In this document: piece after piece, positions 13,740 to 26,436 of the stretch
How positions within the stretch are numbered: position 1 is the first letter of the stretch
How the letters are laid out: each line of letters begins with the position of its first letter
From: Eledone cirrhosa
Lineage: Eukaryota
Length of the DNA: 64,000 nucleotides
Reading direction: 5' to 3'
Assembly (NCBI GenBank): GCA_964016885.1
Contig: OZ024740.1
Span: 18,352,001 to 18,416,000, forward strand
Program-made: the position numbers and the translations under genes
The notes under the pieces: model-generated
Database searches by the model: none
What the model saw: the letters and a program-made list of their open reading frames with translations, nothing else
What the model was told of the DNA's origin: nothing

Positions 13740-16700
13740 TATACACACAGCCACAGACACACACAGCCGCACACATATTTACAGCCACACACACATCTAC
13801 AGCCACACACAGCCGCACACAGCCAAACAGCCACACAGAGCCACAGAGCCACTCACAGCGACACAGCCACACACAGCCACACAGCCGCAGACAGCCACAC
13901 ACAGCCACAGCCACACACAGCCACACACAGCCACGCAGCCACACACAGCCACACAGCCGCATACAGCCTCACAGTCACACACAGCCACACAGCCGCATAC
14001 AGCCTCACACAGCCAGACACAACAACACACAGCCACAAACAGCCACACACAACCTCACACAGCCACACAGCCACACACAGCCACACACACACACAGCCAC
14101 ACACAGCTGCACACAGCCACACAGCCACACACAGCCACATACAGCAGCACACAGCAACACAGATCCACACAGCAACCCAGAGCCACACACAGCCACACAC
14201 AGCCACACAGCAACACAGCCACACACAGCCAAACAGCCACACAGAGCCACACACAACCACACAACCACTCACAGCCACACACACAGCTACACCCACAGCC
14301 ACACAGCCACACAGCCACACACAGCCACACACACAGTACACACAGCCACACAGCCACACAACCACACACAGCCACACACACACACAGCCACACACAGCCA
14401 CAGACAGCCACACACAGCCACACACACAGCCACACAGAGCCGCACACAGCCACACACACAGCCACACACAGCCGCACACATCCCCACAGCCACACACAGC
14501 CACACATCCACACACAACCACACACAGCCACATAGCCACACACAGCCACACAGCCACACACAGCCGCACATAGCCACACAGCCACACACAGCCACATACA
14601 GCCACACAGACTCACACAGACACTCACAGCCACACACAGCCGCACACAGCCACACACAGCCACACACAGCCACACACACACAGCCACCCACAGCCACACA
14701 CACATACAGCCACACACAGCCACAAACAGCCACACACAGCCACACAGCCACACACACACAGCCACCCACAGCCACCCACAGCCACACACAGCCGCACACA
14801 GCCACACACAGCCACACACAGCCACACAGAGCCACACACAGCCACACACAGCCGTACATAGCCACACACAGCCACACAGCCACCCACAGCCACACACAGC
14901 CAGACACAGCCACACACAGCCGTACACAGCCACACACAGCCACACACAGCCACACACAGCCACCCACAGCCACACACAGCCACACACAGCCACCCACAGC
15001 CACACACACAGCCACACACAGTCACACAGCCACACACAGCCACACACAGCCACACAGCCACACACAGCCGTACACAGCCACACACAGCCACACACAGCCA
15101 CCCACAGCCACACACAGCCACACACAGCCGTACACAGCCACACACAGCCGCACACAGCCACACAGCCACACACAGTCGCACACAGCCACACACAGCCACA
15201 CACAGCCACACACAGCCACACACAGCCACACACAGCCACCCACAGCCACACAGCCACACACAGCCGCACACAGCCACACACAGCCACACAGCCACACACA
15301 GCCACACACAGCCACACAGCCACACACAGCCACACACAGCCACACACACAGCCACACACAGCCACACAGCCACACACAGCCACACACAGCCACACACAGC
15401 CGCACACAGCCGCACACACAGCCTCACACATCCACACACATCCACACACAGCCACACACAGCCGCACACAGCCAGACACAGCCGCACACAGCCACACACA
15501 CAGCCTCACACAGCCACACACAGCCACACAGCTACACACAGCCATACACAGCCACACACAGCCACACATAGCCACACAGCCACACACAGCCACACACAGC
15601 CACACACAGCCACACACAGCCACACAGCCACACACAGCCACACACAGCCGCACACAGCCACACACAGCCACACACAGCCACACACAGCCACACACATCCA
15701 CACACAGCCACACACAGCCACACAGCCGCACAAAGCCACACACAGCCACACACAGCCACACACACAGCCACACACAGCCACACAGCCACACAGCCACACA
15801 CAGCCGCACAAAGCCACACACAGCCACACACAGCCACACAGCCACACACAGCCACACACAGCCACACACAGCCACACACAGCCACACACAGCCGCACACA
15901 GCCACACACAGCCGCACACAGCCACACACAGCCACACAGCCACACACAGCCACACATCCAAACAGCCGCACACAGCCACACACAGCCACACACAGCCACA
16001 CAGCCGCACAAAGCCACACACAGCCACACACAGCCACACACAGCCACACAGAGCCATACAGCCGCACAAAGCCACACACAGCCACACACAGCCACACAGC
16101 CGCACAAAGCCACACACAGCCACACACAGCCACACACAGCCACACACAGCCACACACAGCCACACAGCCGCACAAAGCCACACACAGCCGCACAAAGCCA
16201 CACACAGCCGCACACAGCCACACAGCCACACAGCCGCACAAAGCCACACACAGCCGCACACAGCCACACACAGCCACACACAGCCACACACAGCCACACA
16301 CAGCCACACACAGCCACACACAGCCGCACACAGCCACACAGCCACACAGCCGCACAAAGCCACACACAGCCACACAGCCACACAGCCACACACAGCCACA
16401 CACACAGCCACACACAGCCACACACAGCCACACACAGCCACACACAGCCACACACACAGCCACACACAGCCACACAGCCACACACAGCCACACACAGCCA
16501 CACAGCCACACACAGCCACACACAGCCACACACAGCCACACACAGCCACACAGCCACACACAGCCACACACAGCCACACAGCCACACACAGCCACACACA
16601 GCCGCACACAGCCACACACACAGCCTCACACAGCCACACAGCCACACACAGCCTCACACAGCCACACACACAGCCACACAGCCACACACAGCCACACACA

Positions 16701-18381
16701 GCCACACAGCCACACACAGCCACACACAGCCACACACACAGCCACACACAGCCACACAGCCACACACAGCCACACACAGCCACACACAGCCGCACACAGC
16801 CGCACACACAGCCTCACACATCCACACACATCCACACACAGCCACACACAGCCGCACACAGCCACACACAGCCGCACACAGCCACACACACAGCCTCACA
16901 CAGCCACACACAGCCACACAGCTACACACAGCCATACACAGCCACACACAGCCACACATAGCCACACAGCCACACACAGCCACACACAGCCACACAGCAA
17001 CACACAGCCACACACAGCCGCACACAGCCACACACACAGCCTCACACAGCCACACACAGCCACACAGCCACACAGAGCCACACACAGCCACACACAGCCG
17101 CACACAGCCACATACACAGCCTCACACATCCACACACAGCCACACACAGCCACACAGCCACACACAGCCACACACAGCCACACACAGCCACACAGCCACA
17201 CACAGCCACAAAGCCACACAGCCACACACAGCCACACACACAGCCTCACACATCCACACACAGCCACACACAGCCACACAGCCACACACAGCGACACACA
17301 CAGCCACACACAGCCGCAAACAGCCACACACACAGCCTCACACATCCACACACAGCCACACACAGCCACACAGCCACACACAGCCACACACAGCCACACA
17401 CAGCCGCACCCAGCCACACCCACAGCCACACACAGCCACACAGCCACACACAGCCACACACACAGCCTCACACATCCACACACAGCCACACACAGCCACA
17501 CAGCCACACACAGCCACACACACAGCCACACACAGCCGCACACAGCCACACACACAGCCTCACACATCCACACACAGCCACACACAGCCACACACAGCCA
17601 CACACAGCCACACACAGCCGCACACAGCCACACACAGCCGCACACAGCCACACACAGCCACATACAGCCACACACAGCCGCACACAGCCACACAGCCACA
17701 CAGCCACACACAGCCACACACAGCCACACAGCCACACACAGCCACACAGCCACACACAGCCACACACAGCCACACACAGCCACACACAGCCACACAGCCA
17801 CACAGCCACACACAGCCACACACAGCCACACAGCCACACACAGCCACACAGCCACACACAGCCACACACAGCCACACACAGCCACACAGCCACACACAGC
17901 CACACAGCCACACAGCCACACACAGCCACACAGCCACACACAGCCGCACACAGCCACACACACAGCCTCACATATCCACACACAGCCACACATAGCCCAA
18001 CAGCCACACACAGCCGCACACAGCCACACACACAGCCTCACACATCCACACACAGCCACACACAGCCGCACACAGCCACACACAGCCGCACACAGCCACA
18101 CACACAGCCTCACACATCCACACACAGCCGCACACAGCCACACAGCCACACACAGCCACACACAGCCACACACAGCCGCACACAGCCACACCCACAGCCA
18201 CACACAGCCACACAGCCACACACAGCCACACACAGCCACACAGCCACACACAGCCACACAGCCACACACAGCCACACACAGCCACACACAGCCACACACA
18301 CACAGCCACACAGCCACACACAGCCACACACAGCCACACACACACAGCCACACACAGCCACACACAGCCACACACAGCCAC
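13740..18381. repeat. About 4.6-kb satellite of CAGCCACACA with 8- and 12-nt variants
   Basis: Continuous array, more degenerate at the left end. It accounts for all the long HTQP/CVAV ORFs. Confidence 0.97.
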
Positions 18382-18853
18382 TATCTCAAAAAACCAGATA
18401 CTTTCATAAATATTTTTTTACAATTGGGTAAAGAGAGTACACCCATATTTGGGTATCGGAATCCCCAGATGAAACGGTATTTTTCACCGCCAAAACATCT
18501 ACGATTCAGTCTGACTAGCTGTTGAAACGGCAAGAGCTCAGCCGTCGGGATCCAGACTCTTTCTTATAACCATACTTTACTACCCCAAGTATAGAGTACT
18601 CCGGTGACTAATGGTCTAAACAGGTTTTTACTGTATCCATCTTGATTTATATACATCTATCTATCTATCTATCTATCTTGATAGAGTAAGACACGCTTCG
18701 CATCGGCTCCGCTATTCCATCGGGATTTACCCTTACTATTGTAAGTACCGGATAAATTTTTTAGTGCAACACATTTGGAACACTAACCCCTGTTATTTAG
18801 GGAAACATTTTTGCATTTACCCCCTTTTTAGGGGGTAAAATAAATATCTATTT

Positions 18854-20717
18854 TTGCCGAAAAATTTCTTTCTTGGCAGCATGGCGGAAAAGATGGCAGA
18901 CATGTCTGCCATTAGCTCTGCCACGCCCCCCAAGTCTGAAGAACAAAAAATAATTACAACAAAATTAGACATTGAAACAAACAAACAAAATGAAAAAACA
19001 AATGTTAAGGAAAATGAGCAAACAGAAAACAAACAAACAGAAAATAATACAAATAACGACAGGGCAACTTTCGCCCAGAAAACAAAGCAATCCATTACAT
19101 ACACACCAATTGACCTAACTGCCGCCAGAGAAAAACTGGCCGAAGCAAAGAAACATATTGTTTTGGGGGAGAACGGAATGTTTTCCATTAACTCCCCCCC
19201 AGAATTCAAGAAAGCCAGAGCAGAAAACACAGTTATATACAGAACTATACTAAACCAGTCAAGAAAGCCAGCACAGCCCAGCCAAATGGAAATAGAGTTA
19301 GTCCTAAAAGACTATATGAAGAATATTCTCTTCATACGAAAGGACCGACTCTATGGCAGCATTTCGGTCCTAACAAGAGACAAAGAAACGGCTGTTCAGC
19401 TTTCCCTAAGCCCACTCTCGTCGACAACATATAGCTTCTATCCCTCCTACATGGGTAGAAGAACACAGAGAATAAAAGTAAAAACAATGCTGCCCACAAT
19501 GGACTTCTGGTGGGCTATTGCTGGCTTCATTGATATGGGCGAAGACACTATGCTGTCAATGGGGAAGGCAACTGGAGATGCGTTCCTGGGAATGGGCCTC
19601 GACATACTAGTCCAAATGAGGCCCGAAAGAATAGCACAAATCCCGGATCGCATCTGGCTGGATGACCTTACCCCAATAGACATAATTGTAGAGGGGAGAA
19701 GACCAGCATGCTATTTATGCATGGAAAGGGGACACGTTAAGGCTAACTGCCCGAAACGTATCCCCCAAAAAGGACTATTGCCCACACCCACCACAAACAG
19801 TACACCAGCACCACCCACCTCCAAAAATACACTAATACCACACACAGCAAACAAAATACAGACACCACCAACCACAAACACAACACAAACATCACCACCA
19901 CCAGCACCAAACACAAGCACGACACAAAAATCACCACCACCAACCACAACACAAACATCACCACCACCATTACCAACCACAAGCACGACACAAACATTAC
20001 CACCACCACCACCACAAAACCCATTCCAAACAAATAATAAAAAAAAACAGTAACAAATCTACCCCTCCCGCAAAAAAAAAACAACCACACAACACGTCCC
20101 TCCCACCTAGCGCTGAAGAGTTTCCCCCAACTTCTGAAGAAGAAGGAGGAGAAGCCTTCAGACAAGTTAAAAGAAAAAAAAGAAAACACACACCCAGCAC
20201 ACCACAAATAACCCACACACAAACACCAACTCCAATCAAAAACACCCCACCCTCAACAAACAAAAATAAATCTGCGCCTCCCCTCTCCGAAACATTGACA
20301 GCATCACAAAAAAAGACGTTGCAATACACATATATAAATAAAGAAAACAAAAAACTGGTTAAATTAATAAACAATAACCCTATGGTGCAGACCGAAGGGC
20401 CAAACTTTATCTCAACAGAGAACTTCACCCATTTAAAAATGATAAAGGTCCCTCTGGACCTTTATCGTTCCTTAAAAGAACAATTTAGACGGGACGTGAG
20501 CCCCCCCTGTTTAAAACCGTTGAATCGCGTCCTCTTGAAAGATTTCCCCATAACCGCCCCTCTCCCTGACACAACTCCAAATACCCCAACCCCACCACAC
20601 ACGTGTACCCCCACACCACCACAAAACATCCCTCCACCCAACACACCTGATGCCATGGAAATTACGCAACCCGGAGAGGTAAGTGCTTTTCTTTCTTCAC
20701 TTTCAACACCAAAATAG
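18854..20717 (+). CDS. LINE ORF1 (CCHC zinc knuckle, Pro/Thr-rich tail), +1 frameshift in the A-run at about 20040
   Basis: CYLCMERGHVKANC. Copy 2 reads through the same A-run. The first ATG is at 18881. Confidence 0.85.
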
Positions 20718-20722
20718 ATCAA

Positions 20723-23700
20723 TTGAGAGTTGGCTGTTTGAACGCGCGTGGCCTGAGCTCAGCTTGGAAGCAAGCAAAGCTTCTAAGTGACCTCAGGTCA
20801 CAAAGTATAGATGTGATGGTTGTTTGCGAGAGTCGGATCAGCAGCGTGAGACAGCTGGCGCCCGCCTTCGATGACTTTGAGATGCACGCATCTCTCTGTC
20901 AACCCGGAGGCGGGGGGGGGGAGTTGCCGTACTGCTGGATAAACGTCTGACTCTCGACGTACAGATTGTTCACTCGGACCCGGGGGGTCGATTACTGGTG
21001 CTGGACGTCGGAGGTGGTGAAGGCGGGGCTTTCAGACTGGTCGGTCTTTATGCTCCCTTCGGGGCGGAGAGAGCCGACTTCTTCCAACGTCTGGAGACTT
21101 TTCTAGGAACGTCGCGTTCCCTGCTTTTAGTGGGGGACTGGAATGGAATCCTAGATGCGCGTTGGGACTATGCAGGGGCATGTCCCGATAGAGGGGGGTG
21201 TAGCAGCCTCAAGGGGTTACTCGATCGATTCGACCTGGTCGATAGATTTCGACTAGATTGTCCAACTGCGCCAACCTGGACCTGGGCAAACCGCAGTGGA
21301 CAATCTAGATCGTACCTAGATAGGTTTTTGGTTAGGAGTAAGGATAGGGACGTATTTAGTTGTCCAGAACTGATCATGGTTGGCTATTCAGATCACAAAT
21401 TAGTGACCTGCGTGGTCAACCTTGATAGAACGCATAGACAGGGTCCCGGTTACTGGAAGATGAACTTGTCCTTACCGACAAAGAAAGATTACAGAAACCG
21501 GATTAGTAGCTTAGTTAAGATGCGGTTGACGGGAGCGATCGTCAACAGTAGGTGGTGGATATCTCTAAAGAGAGAGATTAGAGTAAGTTCGATAGGTTAC
21601 AGTAAGGAACTAGCGGCGAATAGAAATAGGAGGGAAAGGGAGTTAACAGATAAACTAGAAGAGGCGATTAGGAGCGGAGACGTAGCCAGAGTGTTAGCGA
21701 CGAGAACGGCATTGAGCCAGTTCTTTGACGCGAAGCACGAAGGCTGCGTTGTCCGAAGTAAAATACGTGCTTTAGGAAACGAGGGGACCAAAGCTGTTAG
21801 CTGGGCCCGCGTGACAGAAGCCAAGAGTGGGATTAAATCCACCATTCGGTCTTTGCGAGACCAGGATGGACGGGTGATCCTTGAACCTGAGCGAATGTGC
21901 GAGACCTTTCAAAGGCACTTTGCTCGACTGTTCGGAGGTGGCGGGGGGCCGGACGGGGATGTGGACTTCGGTCCATACCTCGACGGTCTACCGCGTCTTT
22001 CGAGCGGCGAAGCGGAGTGCTGCGAAGGGCCAATCACAGCCACTGAAATCGGGGAAGCGCTCAGCCAATGCAGCAGACGCAAATCCCCGGGTCTCGATGG
22101 TCTACCATACGAATTTTATTTAGCTATGCCGGTCTTGTTCTCCGAACTCCTCGAGGCTGTCTATTGCAACTGGCAACAGAACGGGAGAATTCCCTGTTCT
22201 GTGACCAAGGGCGTGGTCACGCTAGTGAGGAAGGACGAGAGCAAGGGGGACGACTTAAGTAACTTTAGGCCCATAACTCTGCTGAATGCAGAGTTACAGA
22301 TTTTGGCCAAGGTGTTGGCGAAGAGGTTGGCGCTTGTGGTGGGTGGTTTGGTGGGAGACGCGCAGACATGCGCTATCCCGTCCAGGTCCATTCACGACAA
22401 CCTCCACCTCATGCGATACATCATAGAGAGGGTTGGCTACGAACCCGGCTTTGGTGGGGCCCTGATCAACTTGGATCAATCTAAGGCGTTCGATAGGGTC
22501 GACCATGGTTACCTGGATGCGGTGCTAGCGGCGGCGGGCTTCGGACCCGTTTTCAGGGGCTGGATTTCTGCCATGCACAGTGGCAACATCTACTCTAGGA
22601 TTAAAGTAAACGGCTACCTCTCGGAGCCGTTTCAAATCACCCGATCCATCAGACAGGGGTGCCCCCTCTCCTCCCTTCTGTACGTATTGACTCTCGAGCC
22701 ACTGCTGCGGAAGTTGGAGTTGCTGCGGGGCATACCCCTGGAACCGGGATTGCACAAAGCGGTCTCGGCCTATGCCGACGACGTAACAGTAATGGTGGCG
22801 GACGCCTCGGAAATCGGGGCGATCGCCACCCTACTGGAGGAATACGAAAGGCTGACGGGGGCTAAGCTGAACCAGGACAAGTCAGTCGGTTTGCAACTCG
22901 GAACGTGGAGGGGCAAACCGATGCCGTTAGACGGTGTCGTCGGGCGGTGGACGGAGGGCCCGGTGAAGCTGCTCGGGGTCTGGTTCGGACCGGACCTCCA
23001 GGTGGAGAAGAATTGGGGCGAGGTGACGAGCAGGGTGTTTGCGCTGACCCAGAAGTGGGCCAAGTGCAAACTATCACTGAAAGGTCGGGCGGAGGTGACG
23101 AACGCTTACATAGCGTCCGTCATCTACTACCGCCTGACCGTCGTGCCTTGCCCCAAGGAAAAGCTCACCATCATGGAACGCATGCTCTTCCAGTTCCTCT
23201 GGAAGAAGCGGCCTCCCATGGTGAGGAGATCCATCTGCTGCCAGCACCCTTCGAAAGGAGGGCTGGGTATGCCGTGGCTGTTGATGCGTAGGCACGCATT
23301 GAGGCTACGGCATCTACAGGTATTCCTCAACGGTCAGCCGGTGTGGGCCCCGTTTGTGAGGCGAGCCTTCCCACAGCTCGTCTCGCTCACCGAACTGCAA
23401 TCCTGGGTGAAGCAAAGACCGAGAAAACTGGGCAACTGGCACACTGAGTGTGCCCAGGCGCTCACGGCTATCTGGCAAGCGGACCCGACTGTCAGTGGAG
23501 AATCCACCTCGACATTCTATAGAGGGTTGGTGGCTAGCAGGGGCGACGACACCCTTGGAGAGTCGCTAGGCATGGAGGAGGACGAACTGGCCAGCCTGTT
23601 CGGTAGAACTTTCGGCCCGGGACCCATGGACAACTTCCAGAGGTCCCTAGCCTGGCAGTGTTACCGGGGGGCTCTGCCCGTTCGAGAAAAGCTCTACAGA

Positions 23701-24153
23701 CACGGGCGCCCGGGCAGGGATCCCGCGAAAAAGATCTGTCCCAGATGCGTGCGCGACGAGGAAACCGTTGCGCATGCACTGGTACACTGCCCGGGCGTTG
23801 CCGATCTGTGGGGCTACGTCGAACGACTGCTGTCGCGTGTGGCGCCGATTCGATTAACCGCCGAGTCTGTGGTGAACATCAAGCCGCCTCCTCCCTTCAG
23901 AAATGAAGCAGAGGCGGTCTTTCTGTGCGTAATAGCCATGATGAAAGAGGTTGTGTGGTGGACGCGCCTGAAAGGTCTGAGGTCGGGTGACTTTCTCTCC
24001 GGCCACCACCTGGTTTACTTCTTCCGATACCACTTCGGAAGAAGAATCAGGATGGAGAGAGAAGTGCTTGGTCCCAGACAGTTTTATGAAAGGTGGGTGA
24101 AAGAAGCGAGAATGGCCCGTGTAAATGGGCCTTCTCTCTACATTGTTCTGTAG
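20723..24153 (+). CDS. LINE ORF2: APE endonuclease, RT and zf-RVT; frameshift in a G10 run at about 20912
   Basis: GCLNARGL, VGDWNG, SYLDRF, SDHK; SPGLDG, RPITLLN, DQSKAFD, RQGCPLS, YADD; CPRC..ETVAHALVHC. Confidence 0.95.
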
Positions 24154-24569
24154 GTGAAGAAGTGAAGAGGAAAGGGGGAGCGCCTCCTCTCTGGGCTTCC
24201 CCCGCGAAAAGAGTTGCACACTTTTCGGGGGTATGTGCAATCCCCAACACGCCCCCTCCCTTTTGAGGACTTTTTATTGTTATATTATTATTGTTATTCC
24301 TTTTTTCTTTACTCGATTTATGTAAACTCCCCCACTGTGTAAATGTCCCCTTCTTTTGTGCCCTCGTGGCAAATAAATAGAAATTTATCTATCTTGATAG
24401 AGTAAGACACGCTTCGCATCGGCCCCGCTATTCCATCGGGATTTACCCTTACTATTGTAAGTACCGGATAAATTTTTTAGTGCAACACATTTGGAACACT
24501 AACAGCTGTTATTTAGGGAAACATTTTTGCATTTACCCCCTTTTTAGGGGGTAAAATAAATATCTATTT

Positions 24570-26431
24570 TTGCCGAAAAATTTCTTTCTTGGCAGCATGG
24601 CGGAAAAGATGGCAGACATGTCTGCCATTAGCTCTGCCACGCCCCCCAAGTCTGAAGAACAAAAAATAATTACAACAAAATTAGACATTGAAACAAACAA
24701 ACAAAATGAAAAAACAAATGTTAAGGAAAATGAGCAAACAGAAAACAAACAAACAGAAAATAATACAAATAACAACAGGGCAACTTTCGCCCAGAAAACA
24801 AAACAATCCATTACATACACACCAATTGACCTAACTGCCGCCAGAGAAAAACTGGCCGAAGCAAAGAAACACATTGTTTTGGGGGAGAACGGAATGTTTT
24901 CCATTAACTCCCCCCCAGAATTCAAGAAAGCCAGAGCAGAAAACACAGTTCTATACAGAACTATACTGAACCAGACAAGAAAGCCAGCACAGCCCAGCCA
25001 AATGGAAATAGAGTTAGTCCTAAAAGACTATATGAAGAATATTCTCTTCATACGAAAGGACCGACTCTATGGTAGCATTTCGGTCCTAACAAGAGACAAG
25101 GAAACGGCGGAGAAGCTTTCCCTAAGCCCACTCTCGTCGACAACATATAGCTTCTATCCCTCCTACATGGGTAGAAGAACACAGAGAGTAAAAGTAAAAA
25201 CAATGCTGCCCACAATGGACTTCTGGTGGGCTATTGCTGGCTTCATTGATATGGGCGAAGACACTATGCTGTCAATGGGGAAGGCAACTGGAGATGCGTT
25301 CCTGGGAATGGGCCTCGACATACTAGTCCAAATGAGGCCCGAAAGAATAGCACAAATCCCGGATCGCATCTGGCTGGATGACCTTACCCCAATAGACATA
25401 ATTGTAGAGGGGAGAAGACCAGCATGCTATTTATGCATGGAAAGGGGACACGTTAAGGCTAACTGCCCGAAACGTATCCCCCAAAAAGGACTATTGCCCA
25501 CACCCACCACAAACAGTACACCAGCACCACCCACCTCCAAAAATACACTAATACCACACACAGCAAACAAAATACAGACACCACCAACCACAAACACAAC
25601 ACAAACATCACCACCACCAGCACCAAACACAAGCACGACACAAAAATCACCACCACCAACCACAACACAAACATCACCACCACCATTACCAACCACAAGC
25701 ACGACACAAACATTACCACCACCACCACCACAAAACCCATTCCAAACAAATAATAAAAAAAACAGTAACAAATCTACCCCTCCCGCAAAAAAAAAACAAC
25801 CACACAACACGTCCCTCCCACCTAGCGCTGAAGAGTTTCCCCCAACTTCTGAAGAAGAAGGAGGAGAAGCCTTCAGACAAGTTAAAAGAAAAAAAAGAAA
25901 ACACACACCCAGCACACCACAAATAACCCACACACAAACACCAACTCCAATCAAAAACACCCCACCCTCAACAAACAAAAATAAATCTGCGCCTCCCCTC
26001 TCCGAAACATTGACAGCATCACAAAAAAAGACGTTGCAATACACATATATAAATAAAGAAAACAAAAAACTGGTTAAATTAATAAACAATAACCCTATGG
26101 TGCAGACCGAAGGGCCAAACTTTATCTCAACAGAGAACTTCACCCATTTAAAAATGATAAAGGTCCCTCTGGACCTTTATCGTTCCTTAAAAGAACAATT
26201 TAGACGGGACGTGAGCCCCCCTGTTTAAAACCGTTGAATCGCGTCCTCTTGAAAGATTTCCCCATAACCGCCCCTCTCCCTGACACAACTCCAAATACCC
26301 CAACCCCACCACACACGTGTACCCCCACACCACCACAAAACATCCCTCCACCCAACACACCTGATGCCATGGAAATTACGCAACCCGGAGAGGTAAGTGC
26401 TTTTCTTTCTTCACTTTCAACACCAAAATAG
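24570..26431 (+). CDS. LINE ORF1, copy 2; -1 frameshift in the C-run at about 26216
   Basis: 552-aa ORF plus the 26234-26431 tail, which matches the copy 1 C-terminus. Confidence 0.85.
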
Positions 26432-26436
26432 ATCAA

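Larger units (their letters stand above)
18679..24394 (+). mobile_element. Full-length L1/Tx1-clade LINE, copy 1
   Basis: Starts directly after (CTAT)n. Contains ORF1 and ORF2, then AATAAA and a TATCTATCT tail. Confidence 0.95.

Noticed and set aside
13555-18381. Long His/Thr/Gln-rich and Cys/Val-rich ORFs (up to 854 aa)
   Set aside because: They are translations of a stop-poor satellite, open in many frames on both strands.
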